Positions 40,340 to 52,319 of a DNA stretch of 64,000 bases are shown one piece after another. The notes below the pieces were generated by a model. That model was not told the origin of the DNA. It made no database searches and saw nothing but the letters and a program-made list of their open reading frames with translations. Source of the stretch: Eledone cirrhosa (taxonomy: Eukaryota); NCBI GenBank assembly GCA_964016885.1, contig OZ024765.1, positions 22,072,001-22,136,000 of the forward strand, read 5' to 3'. The translations under genes and the position numbers were made by a program. Position 1 is the first letter of the stretch. Every line of letters starts with the position of its first letter.

Positions 40340-40695
40340 AACAATTTTAAACAAACAACTTTGTATGAGACCCAGGGGTGTTTGGGACATAACTTAAGAA
40401 AGGTTCTTGAATAAAATTATGATGGCCAGTTTTAGATGTTATCAATTTTAAATAAACAACTTTGTATGAGACCCAGGGGTGTTTGGGACATAACTTAACA
40501 GAGGTTCTTGAATAAAATTATGATGGCCAGTTTTAGATGTAAACAATTTTAAATAAACAACTTTGTATGAGAACCAGGGGTGTTTGGGACATAACTTAAC
40601 AAAGGTTCTTGAATAAAATTATGATGGCCAGTTTTAGATGTAAACAATTTTAAATAAACAACTTTGTACGAGACCGAGTAGTGTTTGGGACATAA
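40340..40695. repeat. 101-bp tandem repeat (about 3.5 copies) of a MITE-like internal segment also seen at about 38560-38730
   Basis: caattttaa recurs at 40342, 40443, 40544 and 40645; shares acataacttaacaaaggttcttgaataaaattat with 38625-38660. Confidence 0.85.
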
Positions 40696-40906
40696 CTGGT
40701 CAGTTACAGCTGGTTTAAACAGAAAGGTGAGAGAGATCTGACCGGTAACAGCCAGTTTAAATGCTAAAGGGGTAAAACTCCCAGAATGTAATGTAAACAC
40801 CCAGAACAGATACTACCTTAAGATTATGTCCGATGTTCAACCAATTCTCGCAAACCACTGCCCCAAACCACTTTATAATTCTGATACCATTTTATTTATT
40901 GTTCAG

Positions 40907-41062
40907 GTCTATGGTAAGACATTTCAGTCGATTAATTTCCAATTCAAACACGAAGGATCTTTTGCTGAAAGAATGGGAAACATGAATCTTTCCTGGAGAG
41001 ATAGATTGAAGTTGATTGACCTAGTGGAATATCAACCTAACAACGTCTGTACATTCTTGATG
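40907..41062 (+). CDS. CMTR2: CMTR2 exon E
   Basis: ttcAG acceptor, 156 nt open in phase 0 (VYGKTFQSINFQFKHEGSFAERMGNMNLSWRDRLK...CTFLM), ATG|GTAAGT donor. Unique sequence among repeats; homology is weaker than for exons A-D. Confidence 0.75.
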
Positions 41063-41269
41063 GTAAGTTGTCTTGGTTACCATATATATATATATACCAT
41101 ACTGATGGTAAGTTGTCTTGGTTACCATATATATATAGATCAGGGGAACACACCAGTCAGATAGAAGACGTGACAAAGTGTCTGTTGTAAACACTAAATC
41201 CCCCCCCCCCCTCGTGAAGAATGCACCTCCCAACATAGCCTAGTAGTTAGTGACCTCACAGTCAGGAAT

Positions 41270-43550
41270 AGACATACTAAACTCTTCACTATATTCGTTG
41301 TTAATTCTAACCTTGCTGACTGTTTCATTATACATGGCTTGTATAGCTCTCACAAGCCATTCATCAACACCTAGTTTTCTAAGGGCCCACCAGATAATCG
41401 AGCGGGGTACTCTGTCAAAGGCTTTCTCCAAGTCAACAAAAGCTAAGTATAGGGGTTTACTTTTAGCTAGGTACTTCTGTAGTTGTCGTACAATGAAAAG
41501 AGCGTCTGTTGTACTTTTACCTGACACAAACCCGGACTGCATTTCGTCTAGATCAATTCGCTCTCTGATTAGTTGCGCTATTACTTTTTCTGTGACCTTC
41601 ATGACCTGGTCAATTAATTTAATGCCTCTATAGTTTCCCCTATCTAGGGCATCACCTTTACCCTTGTAGCAGTTAATGATGATGCTGCTGCGCCAGTCCT
41701 TCGGAACGACCCCATTCTGTATGACTTGGTTTACTATCCGGGTGACCATGGTGTGTCCCACCGTTCCAGATGCTTTCAGCATTTCAGCAACTATTTCCGA
41801 AGGCCCGGCCGCCTTGCTCGTCTTCATGTCTTTGATCGCCTTACTTATTATACTACCTTCAACTTGCACTGCTGGTCCCTCTATTGGGTCGATGTGGGGG
41901 AGACTGTCTTTCTCCCAATTATTCTCCTCATTTAGTAGCCTTTCCTAGTGACACTTCCAAGCTACCTTCTTATCAGCGTCGGTGATGGCAAGTACGCCGT
42001 CATCATTAAGTACACACTTCTCCCCAACAATATCACGGTTTTCCTTGACACATTGCCTAGCAATCCTGAACACCTTACGTTTTGGGTCCTCGCGTTGTAG
42101 AACATGCTTGAACTTTCTTTCCTCTGCTTCCCTTCTTGCGAAGTACACTTGTCTCCTAGCTTCCCTCCTGGCCACTTGATAGTCTTCTCTACTTCCCCCA
42201 TCCCGCCATGCTTTCCAAGCCTGCTTTTTGGCCTTGATTGACCCCTCCACCTTACTGTTCCACCACCAAGTACTCGCCTCCTGCCTATAGGCCTGCTCCA
42301 GCCACAGATTTCATCTGTCACCTTCAGCAGGTTAGCTTTCAGGAATTCCCACTGTTCCTCTATATTGTACGACTCTAATTGCTCTTCCTTACTGTCGAAA
42401 ACATCAAGTAATATGCTTTTAAATTTATTACTGGCTGTGGGGTCTTTTAACTTCCATATTTTTATCCTGAGGATAGTCCTCTTCTGTTGTCGAGTACGTC
42501 TCGTCCTGACTATGAGGTCGCTAACTATGAGGCTATGTTGGGAGGTGCATTCTTCATGGGGGAGGGATTTAGTGTTTACAACAGACACTCTGTCACGTCT
42601 CCTGGTAAGGATATAATCTACCTGGCTTGTGTGTTCCCCCGATCTATAGGTGATCAAGTGATTGTCTCGTTTTTTGAAGTTAGTGTTACAGATAGTTAGG
42701 TTATTTGCGTTACAGAATTCCAGGATTCTGGAGCCTTCCTCATTTCTAGTACCAAACCCATAGCCTCCATGGATTCCGTCATAGCCGTCACAATGTTGTC
42801 CAACGTGACCATTTAGGTCGCCAGCGATAACTATGTAGTCACTGTTGGTTATTTGGGAGGTAGTGAGCATTAACGACTCATAGAATCTGTCTTTTATAAC
42901 GCCAGGCAGTCTGGATTGGGGTGCATATGCAGATATTATTGTCACAGTAGTTCTATTTAGGACAAGTATTATTTTAATTATTCTGTCGTTCACTCTATTT
43001 ACGTCTATTATCTTATCTGCCCACTTTTCTGCTACCATGATTCCTACTCCACCCAGAAAAGCTTATAACATCGTTCTTTACCCACAATGAATCTAGCAGA
43101 CCCACCCCTCCACCTGGTCTCTTGAATATAACAAACATCGACCTCCTTACGTTCAAGCATTTCTACAACCTCGTTAGAGCGACCCTTTAAGGTGCCTACA
43201 TTCATGGTACCAGCTCTGATGTTTTGGAGGGTGGGAGCGGTGGGATGCAGGGGTGTGTGTGTGTGTGAGGGAGATGGGGTTATGTTAGCCATCCACGGCC
43301 GAAATAAAGAGGAGGAGTCCTTGCATTCTCGTCCGGCAGCATGAGGTGAATTTGTCTTTATCTTTGGCATTGTCACTGAGTGTCCAGATTTTTTCTTTTC
43401 AAACTCTCCAGAATTCCGTAGTCCATCCATCATATCGAAAGGCAACCAGGTAAGTGATAGCATAGGCCGCTGACTTATGATTGGCCCACGTAATAATGGT
43501 GGTGCGTGGGGGCGGGTGGGAGGGATATTGGGTAGTTAGCGAGAAGGTTA
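41270..43550 (-). mobile_element. RTE-clade LINE, 5' half (APE endonuclease + N-terminal RT), frameshifted and 3'-truncated
   Basis: GTMNVGTL, IQETRW, SAYAPQ, GDLNGHVG, QVDYIL (APE); KAAGP, YKGKGD...NYRGIKL, FVDLEKAFDRVPR (RT). Stops before YADD. Confidence 0.9.
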
Positions 43551-43704
43551 AGGTTTAAATAAGATCCCCGTATTTTGGGCATAATTTAACAAGCATAAAA
43601 AATGTTATATAGATATATATATACAATCCTGATGGTAAGTTGTCTTGGTTACTATATATACACCATATATAAACATACATACGTATATATATATATATAT
43701 ATAT

Positions 43705-44048
43705 GGAGGCACATGGCTTAGTGGTTAGAGCATTGGCCTTGCAATCGAAAGATTGTGAGTTCAATTCTCAGACCAGGCGATGTGTTGTTTCCTTGAGCAA
43801 GACACTTTATTTCACATTGCTTCAGTTTACTCAGCTGTAGTAATGAGATGATAGGGACTGGGGTCCCTATCATTCCATTGTAAAGTGGTCGTGGAGGTGC
43901 CACGGCAAAAAAGCACCCAGCACTCACTGTAAATGAGGTTGGCGTTAGGAAGGGCATCCAGCTGTAGAAATCAAGCCAGCATCAGTTCCCGTCCCACCCT
44001 TGCAAGCAGGGAAAAAGCGGACGTAAAATGAAATGATGATGAAAATGA
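43705..44048 (+). mobile_element. Family-2 SINE, full length
   Basis: Near-identical to 2040-2375. Confidence 0.9.
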
Positions 44049-44294
44049 TATATTGAGTACACTGAGATGCAACCGGTACTAACAGTGAAACCCATGCTAG
44101 TCTTGTCAACTTACTTTTATTATATATATATATATATATAATAAGACCCGTCCCACCCTTGCAAGCAGGGAAAAGCGGACGTAAAATGATGATGATGATG
44201 ATGATGATATATGTAATAGTAGTACACTAGAGTGTTATATCCATAGTAGTGGAGCACTCAGTCCATGGGGAAAGTTTGGTAGTAGTTTCACCAC

Positions 44295-44337
44295 ACCGAG
44301 AACAATTGTTTCACATTATTCGGATCTTCAGCTCGGT
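44295..44337 (-). ncRNA. Minimal type I hammerhead ribozyme motif (Penelope pLTR type)
   Basis: Minus strand: ACCGAG CTGAAGA tccgaataatgt GAAAC aatt GTT CTCGGT. 6-bp stem I, complete core, palindromic stem III (ACAATTGT), very weak stem II. Confidence 0.7.
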
Positions 44338-44554
44338 TTAAATGAGATCCATCTAAGGTGAAACAGTTGTTCCCGGTATGGTGAACTAACTGTTGAGGAA
44401 CTACTTCTATATATATATTCAATGTGGTCTACCCTGGGTGGTAGGGTCCGTACCATAGATAGAACTCAATGTAATCTGATGGCCAGTAATCCAGTGAAAT
44501 CCATAGAAAGGTTCCCTGTTCTCCTGAGTTAATTCCTTAGATACAGAGTCAGAT

Positions 44555-44897
44555 CATTTTTCATTTCATTTCATTTTACGTCCGCTTTTTCCCTGCTTGC
44601 AAGGGTGGGACGGGAACTGATGCTGGCTTGATTTCTACAGCTGGATGCCCTTCCTAACACCAACCTCATTTACAGTGAGTGCTGGGTGCTTTTTTGCCGT
44701 GGCACCTCCACAACCACTTTGCAGTGGAATGATAGGGACCCCAGTCCCTATCATCTCATTTCTACAGCTGAGTAAACTGGAGCAATGTGAAATAAAGTGT
44801 CTTGCTCAAGGAAACAACACATCACCCGGTCCGATAATTGAACTCACAACCTTTCGATTGCAAGGCCAATGCTCTAACCACTAAGCCATGTGCCTCC
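44555..44897 (-). mobile_element. Family-2 SINE, full length, inverted relative to 43705-44048
   Basis: Reverse complement of the family-2 sequence. Confidence 0.9.
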
Positions 44898-44947
44898 ATA
44901 GATATTAGATATTAAATCAGATATTAGATATTAAATCAACAATGAAA

Positions 44948-45122
44948 ATAATTGTTTCTACTTTTGGCACAAGGCCAGCAATTGTTCCAGTGTATTACTG
45001 GTACTTTATTTTATCGACCCCGTAAGGATGAAAGGCAAAGTTAACCTCGGCGGGATTTGAACTCGGATCATAAAGGGCCGTAACTCTTTGCTGCAAAGCA
45101 TGGCGTCTGACCCTCTACCGAT
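44948..45122 (-). mobile_element. Family-1 SINE
   Basis: Reverse complement of the B box and Nin/Deu-like block. Confidence 0.85.
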
Positions 45123-45201
45123 ATAATGAAAATAATAACAACAAAGTCAAATTATTTTACCTATTCATATCATTGTTTTACGATTGTTTCGGTGGGTTGA
45201 T

Positions 45202-45622
45202 CATATTGACTGATCCATAGCAGTTATATAACACATTGACTGATTCATAGCAGTTATATAACATATTGACTGATCCATAGCAGTTATATAACATATTGAC
45301 TGATCCATAGCAGTTATATAACACATTGACTGATCCATAGCAGTTATATAACACATTGACTGATCCATAGCAGTTATATAACATATTGACTGATCCATAG
45401 CAGTTATATAACATATTGACTGATCCATAGCAGTTATATAACATATTGACTGATCCATAGCAGTTATATAACACATTGACTGATCCATAGCAGTTATATA
45501 ACACATTGACTGATCCATAGCAGTTATATAACACATTGACTGATCCATAGCAGTTATATAACATATTGACTGATCCATAGCAGTTATATAACATATTGAC
45601 TGATCCATAGCAGTTATATAAC
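45202..45622. repeat. 30-bp minisatellite (14 copies)
   Basis: Unit attgactgatccatagcagttatataaca(c/t). Confidence 0.95.
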
Positions 45623-46074
45623 TGTGAGTAGGTTATACCAGGAAGGTAGGTCGGCTGGTAAGAGAAGCAGAGCCGGCAGCCAAAACGATGGCTTGATAAT
45701 GTCAACCTATGGACTGGACTTGATCTTTGCTCTTTGAACTCTGCTGCTGGTGATCGAACTTTGAGGAGAGAGATATCACATGTCAATACGCAGTCTGCAA
45801 CTGGCGGAGTTTAGTGTGACAAGAGAAACTATCAGACCTCATATATAGGTTCGATCGAACCCATATATACGTAAAACGATGCAACTCTATACTGCGAAGT
45901 ATGGTGTTCGACACTCTACCAATTATTGCCAATCCACCGTCCTTGGACCACGAATGGCTGTAACTTATTTTTAATCCTTCATCATCTTCATTTTACGTCT
46001 GTTCCACACATGGATCAGACGGGTCCTTCTCAGGACAGCATCTCTCCTCTTATCTCCTTCCTTTGTCATCTCAT

Positions 46075-46637
46075 TTGAGTACCTTTTTGATTTCCATGTG
46101 TCTAACACACGTGAACATGCCCACAAAGTAAGAAAACAGCACAGTTCCCATGACTTTCGGAAACATTTTTTCACGCTCAGAGTTGCTGAAGCATGGAACA
46201 AACTACCTGCATCAGTTAGCTGTCGAGACACTGCATCCTTTAAAACCTCCATGGAACAAACTCCCTGCATCAGTTGTTAGCTGTCGAGACACTGCATCCT
46301 TTAAGGCCTCCATGGAACAAACTACCTGCATCAGTTGTTAGCTGTCGAGACACTGCATCCTTTAAAACCTCCATGGAACAAACTCCCTGCATCAGTTGTT
46401 AGCTGTCGAGACACTGCATCCTTTAAAACCTCCATGGAACAAACTACCTGCATCAGTTGTTAGCTGTCGAGACACTGCATCCTTTAAGGCCTCCATGCTT
46501 CCCGAGATCCACCAACACTACAGCTAACACATACACACATGTACTTCCCTGACATTTGTGTATTATTCTATGTACTATATTGACGAGTTGTAGTGCACCT
46601 GAGCACTTTACACAATAATTTCATTATTATTATTATT
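46075..46637 (+). mobile_element. CR1-like LINE 3' end with an internal 61-bp tandem amplification (5 copies, 46192-46497)
   Basis: HDFRKHFFTLRVAEAWNKLPASVVSCRDTASFK is a CR1-group ORF2 C-terminal motif; (ATT)n tail. Confidence 0.8.
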
Positions 46638-46676
46638 TGTTTAACAATAATTCTCGTTTTTCTCTCTCCATTCCAG

Positions 46677-46814
46677 AAAGATTCCAACCTCAAACGTTTG
46701 GCTAAAAACAACCTCAACTTCCTATCTGGCAAACCCCTTGCTATTATTCACAACTCTCGCTTGTGTCACCCAAAATTGATTGAACTCCTTAACAAGATCT
46801 TGGACAATTGTGAT
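46677..46814 (+). CDS. CMTR2: CMTR2 exon F
   Basis: Strong pyrimidine tract + ccAG, 138 nt in phase 0, KDSNLKRLAKNNLNFLSGKPLAIIHNSRLCHPKLIELLNKILDNCD (GKP....S..C motif), GTATGT donor. Confidence 0.8.
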
Positions 46815-46831
46815 GTATGTTACATTTATAT

Positions 46832-47290
46832 TGGGTGTTGTGGGGTTGGTGTGGTGTTGTGGTGTGGTGTGTTGTGGTATGGTCTGGTGTTGTGTTGTGG
46901 TGTAGTGTGGTATAGTGTTGTGGTGTAATGTGGTAGTGTTGTGGTGTGATATATGTAGTGGGGGTATTGTTGTGTTATGGCAGTGTGGTGGTGTGTTGTG
47001 TTGTGGTACGGTCTGGTGTTGTGTTGTGCTGTGTTGTGTGGTGTTGGTGATGTATGTTGTGTTGTGGGGTTGGTGTGGTATTGTGTTGGTGGTGTGGTGT
47101 AGTGTTGTGTTGGTGGTATGGTGTGGTGTGTGGTAGTGTTGTGGTGTAGTGTGTGGTGTGGTGTTGTGATGTATGTTACATTTATATTGGGTTGTGTTGT
47201 GGGGTTATGTGGTGGTATGTGGTGTGGTATTGTGTAGTGTGGTGTGGTGTAATGTGGCGTAGTGTTGTGGTGTGGTGTGGCATTGTGTAT
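46832..47290. repeat. Degenerate (GTGTG/GTTGT)n simple repeat filling intron F-G
   Basis: Directly visible. Confidence 0.9.
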
Positions 47291-47362
47291 TTAGTCTGCA
47301 CCATTGTCACCTCATCCCATTTCTTAATCTTTTTCTTGTCTTTCCTCTTTTTCCTCTACCAG

Positions 47363-47506
47363 CTGTCCAAGAACAGAGAAGACTACAGCCAGAAAGCTGC
47401 TGAAGATATGTCAACAACACTGAAGCAACTCTTCACCAACAACACTACCAATCATGTCTACTGTCTCCCAGATGACTTTGAAGGATTCAGCAAACTACAA
47501 ATCCCG
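47363..47506 (+). CDS. CMTR2: CMTR2 exon G
   Basis: Long pyrimidine tract + ccAG, 144 nt open in phase 0 (LSKNREDYSQKAAEDMSTTLKQLF...KLQIP), CCG|GTAATA donor. Confidence 0.72.
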
Positions 47507-47608
47507 GTAATATAATGGGGTTCTTTTATTTTGTACAATGATAAGATGTCACACATCTCGATGTATATATATACACACATAAAAATATATATATATATAT
47601 ATATGTGT

Positions 47609-47741
47609 GTGTGTCTGATGGTAGCTAAGGTGCTTCCATAGGCGGTATGCCGGTTGAGCACTCTATGCTCTTACAGAATCAGACAGATCCACACAATGAT
47701 CGCGTCTCGAGCTGTCCACCGGCGAAACAATTGTAACACAC
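47609..47741 (+). ncRNA. Hammerhead-like motif with variant core and enlarged stem II
   Basis: GTGTGT CTGATGG ... GCCGGT...ACCGGC GAAAC aatt GTA ACACAC. Confidence 0.45.
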
Positions 47742-47779
47742 AATAAATTGAGTTCAGATGCATCACTGATCTTTCGTTC

Positions 47780-47781
47780 TA

Positions 47782-47821
<40 letters not shown>

Positions 47822-48203
47822 TATATATATATAGATATATATATGTATGTATATATTACATGTATATGTATATATATATAGATATATATATGTATGTATA
47901 TATTACATGTATATGTATATATATATATATATATATAGATATATATATGTATGTATATATTACATGTATATGTATATATATATATATATTTACACATATA
48001 GATAGATATATATATATATGTATGTATATATTACATATATATGTATATATATATATATATTTACACATATAGATATATATATATATATATGTATGTATAT
48101 ATTACATGTATATGTATATATATATATATGTATGTATATATTACATGTATATATATATATATACATATATATACATATATATACGTATATATTACATGTC
48201 TTT

Positions 48204-48242
<39 letters not shown>

Positions 48243-48269
48243 AATATATATATGTATGTATATATTACA

Positions 48270-48300
<31 letters not shown>

Positions 48301-48384
48301 GTATATATTACATGTATATGTGTATATATATATATATGTATATATTACATGTATATGTGTATATATATATATGTATATATTACA

Positions 48385-48426
<42 letters not shown>

Positions 48427-48619
48427 GTATATATTACATGTCTATTATATATATAATATATACATATATATGTGTTAGGAAGGGCATCCAACTGTAGAAA
48501 ACCCGCCAGACAGTCCTATGCGAGCAAGACAACCACTCTTGCCTCAAGTGGGAAAACCCCCGTCCAAACCCATGCAAGCGTGGAACACGGACGCTAAACC
48601 TGATGATGATGATGATGAT

Positions 48620-48703
<84 letters not shown>

Positions 48704-48780
48704 TATATATATATATAATATATATATACACACATATATGTACATGTATATGTATATATTACAGGTGTATTATATATTAG
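47780..48780. repeat. (TA)n-rich compound microsatellite containing a SINE-type tail (48473-48620)
   Basis: Directly visible. Confidence 0.9.
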
Positions 48781-49597
48781 GGTAGCCCTTAGCAATAGGT
48801 CTGCCCCCACCCTCTAACCCTGTTCCAATCAACAAAAACACGAGGTGTGCAAAATTTCAGCTCAATCGGACAGCTGGTAGGCGACCCTCAAACACCTTGA
48901 AGTTGGAGCATAGAATACACAACGATTAATTCTGTTCAAAAGCAGGATACTGTTCCCTTTCTCAACCATTTTCTTTTTTCTTCTTAGAGAAATTTATGAG
49001 GACACATCCAGGCAACCCCAGCAAATGTTTTTAAATGTTCTGAATCAAATTTACTAATAGTTAATTTGAAAAATTCCTGAAATAACATGAAATATTAGGT
49101 TTTCTTCACAAAGCTCACAGCTTCTGTAAGAGAAACACATTCTTATTTACAACAATAATTTCTATAGAATCTAAAACATAAGTTGAACACTGAATATTGA
49201 ATATTAAACATTATTTTTCGGTAGAGGGTTGGACGCCATGCTTTCTAGCATAGTTACGTCCCTTTACAGTCTGAGTTCAAATCTCGCCGAGGTTGACTTT
49301 GCCTTTCATCCTTACGGGGTCGATAAAATAAAGTACCAGTAATGTACTGGGTAATTGCTGGCCTTGTGCCTAAAGTAGAAACAATTATTTTTATATAAGA
49401 CATTATTTTTATATAGGGCGGTAGATTGGCAGTATCGGTAGAGGGTTGGACGCCATGCTTTGCAGCAAAGAGTTACGGCCCTTTATGGTCTGAGTTCAAA
49501 TCCCACCGAGGTTGACTTTGCCCGTCATCCTTATGGATTTCGATTGCAAGGCCAATGCTCTAACCACTAAGCCATGTGCCTCCATATATATATATAT

Positions 49598-49729
49598 ATG
49601 TATAAAAATCAATACAATATAATTACCTCATTACCAGAGGTTTCCCGAATGAAGACGTTTATTTCGTATTCGCCTCATTCGGGAAACCTCTGGTAATGAG
49701 GTAATTATATTGTATTGATTTTTATACAT
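49598..49729. repeat. Perfect foldback, 55-bp arms with a 22-nt spacer
   Basis: 49598-49652 is the reverse complement of 49675-49729. Confidence 0.92.
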
Positions 49730-49886
49730 TAAATTTTGCTCTGATACTTACATAGAGCACTCTTCACTTCTATGACCTTTTCTGTTTCCAACGGAAATTT
49801 CAATACTTATATATATATATATATATATGTATGTATAGGTATATATGATGATGATCATCATCATTTTACGTCCGCTTTTCGCTGCT

Positions 49887-49923
<37 letters not shown>

Positions 49924-49997
49924 GAAAGTTAGAGTTAATAACTCTTACTGGAACCCTGTAATCAGTAAGCTCAAAGTATAAATACCGAGCATTATAA

Positions 49998-50160
49998 TAA
50001 TAATATATATGTAGTAAGAAACACAGTAAACCGTGCGTCTAATATTACTAGGGTTGAAGACCACATGTGTTTTAAATATTTTTCAAACAAATGTGGTCTT
50101 TCAACCCTAGTAATATTAGACACACGGTTTACTGTGTTTCTTACTACATATATATTATTA
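49998..50160. repeat. Near-perfect foldback, about 70-bp arms
   Basis: taataatatatatgtagtaagaaacacagtaaaccgtg... / ...cacggtttactgtgtttcttactacatatatattatta. Confidence 0.9.
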
Positions 50161-50454
50161 AGGGCGGTGGATTGGCAGTATCAGTAGAGGGTCGGACGCC
50201 ATGCTTTCCAGCATAGTTACGTCCCTTTACGATCTGAGTTCAAATCCCGCCGAGGTTGACTTTGCCTTTCATCCTTACGGGGTCGATAAAATAAAGTACC
50301 AGTAATGCACTGGGTAATTGCTGGCCTTGTGCCTAAAGTAGAGACAATTATATATATATATATATATTTATTTATTACATTTATATATATATATATATTT
50401 ATTTATATATTACCTTTATATATATATGTATATATTTATTATCTTTTCCTGCAG

Positions 50455-50604
50455 AACCTCCAGGTATTTGACAGTGAAGATGAATCACGGCCACAACAGC
50501 AGACGATATTAGTACTTAATGTGACATCCACATTCACAGAACTTGGTAAAGGCGAAATCATTGACAAAACTTTGTTGCTTAGCCAAGTTTCCCTTGCTCT
50601 CCAA
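50455..50604 (+). CDS. CMTR2: CMTR2 exon H
   Basis: ttttcctgcAG acceptor (an alternative in-frame CAG lies 9 nt downstream), 150 nt, NLQVFDSEDESRPQQQTILVLNV...LLLSQVSLALQ, GTAAGA donor. Confidence 0.75.
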
Positions 50605-51000
50605 GTAAGACTGATCCCTTCTTATTACTGTCTCATAAGGAAACTGTTAGTTTTAAGGGTTCTAGGATCTTCAGAAGATCCCGTTAAGGCTGAAAGTAGC
50701 GATTCTTTGCTTAAACTTTAATCTGTTATTTTAATATATATTTGTTCTAGGATTCTTATATATTTGATATATATTTATCCTTATCGAGCCCTCTTTGGAT
50801 TTTAGTCTTCACATTTATTATTATTGGCAGTATCGGTAGAGGGTCGGACGCCATGCTTTCCAGCATAGTTACGTCCCTTTACGATCTGAGTTCAAATCCC
50901 GCCGAGGTTGACTTTGCCTTTCATCCTTACGGGGTCGATAAAATAAAGTACCAGTAATGCACTGGGTAATTGCTGGCCTTGTGCCTAAAGTAGAAACAAT

Positions 51001-51036
<36 letters not shown>

Positions 51037-51169
51037 TATATATATATATATATAGTGGTGGAACACTGGAACGTAATATCCGTAGTAGTAGAGCACTCAG
51101 TCCATGGGACGAGTTGGGTAGTAGTGGTTACTGTTGTGTAACCACTTCTACACACACACACACACATAT

Positions 51170-52220
51170 CATCATTCATCATTTCATTTTACTTCCGCTT
51201 TTTCCCTGCTTGCAAGGGTGGGACGGGAACTGATTGTGGCTTGATTTCTACAGCTGGATGCCCTTCCTAACACCAACCTCATTTACAGTGAGTGCTGGGT
51301 GCGTTTTCGTGGCGCCTACACATCCACTTTACAGTGAGTGCTGGGTGTTTTTTTGCCGTGGCACCTCCACGACCACTTTGCAGTGGAATGATAGGGACTC
51401 CAGTCCCTATCATCTCATTTCTACAGCTGAGTAAACTGGAGCAATGTGAAATAAAGTGTCTTGAGAGAAAAAGTTCAGGGAGCTACTGCCACTGCTAGCT
51501 GCAAAAGGCTTTTCCTTTAAAATGAAAGGCAGACTGTATGATGCGTGTATACGAACAACAATGTTACATGGTAGTGAGACCTGGGCACTGAATGTGGAAG
51601 ACTTGCGTAGATTAGAAAGAAACGAAGCTTGCATGCTCCGATGGATGTGTAATAGTAATATACGCAAACGGCAAAGCATAAATGAATTGAGAGACAGACT
51701 GAGCAAATGAGGAATCAAACGCTGTGTGCAGGAGAGGAGGTTGTGTTGGTATGGACATGTGATGCGTATGAAGGATGACAGCTGCATAAAAAGGTGCAGA
51801 GCACTAGAAGTTGATGGAAACCGCGGAGTGGGGAGACCCAAGATGACCTGGGATGAGGTGATAAAAGCCGACCTTACCCAATTACACCTCTCAAAGGTGA
51901 TGACACACGACTGTGACCTCTGGTGTCACGCAGTAATACAGAGTACCCGACCTCCCATGGGTACAAGCCAAAGCTGAAGCATATAGACCCCCACACCCTC
52001 CCACTGCAAAGTGGTCGTAGAGGTGCCATTGCAAAAAAACACCCAGCACTCACTGTAAATGAGGTTGGTGTTAGGAAGGGCATCCAGCTGTAGAAATAAA
52101 GCCAGAATCAGTTCCTGTATGAGCAAGACAAGGTCAGCCGACGAGACACTGCCCACAACAGGACAACCCGTCTAACCCATACTAGCGTGGAAGAACGGAC
52201 GTAAAATGGTGATGATGATG
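51170..52220. mobile_element. Composite: 5'-truncated family-2 SINE (-), diverged RTE 3' coding fragment (+, about 51465-51975), SINE 3' half (+)
   Basis: KGRLYDACIRTTMLHGSETWAL / QERRLCWYGHVMRM with an internal stop, between oppositely oriented SINE pieces. Confidence 0.8.
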
Positions 52221-52233
52221 ATTATATATATAC

Positions 52234-52279
<46 letters not shown>

Positions 52280-52319
52280 CAAATATATATATATATATAT
52301 AACAAATATATATATAAAA

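Larger units (their letters stand above)
49218..51002 (+). mobile_element. Four family-1 SINE copies (about 49218-49390, 49416-49535, 50162-50350, 50824-51002) around exon H
   Basis: Repeated near-identical family-1 sequence. Confidence 0.85.

Noticed and set aside
43440-43560. HDV-like ribozyme at the RTE 5' end
   Set aside because: Expected for some RTEs, but I could not find the nested double-pseudoknot pairings or the L3 motif by eye.
44058-44110. CTGAGA...GAAAC...GTC hammerhead-like string (also CTGATGG...GAAA at about 44476-44500)
   Set aside because: Stems I-III do not pair convincingly; may be chance or too decayed to call.
48988-49060. Possible extra CMTR2 exon after ttcttttttcttcttAG
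   Set aside because: Phase-0 reading hits TGA at the fourth codon and there is no good donor; exons G and H join in frame without it.
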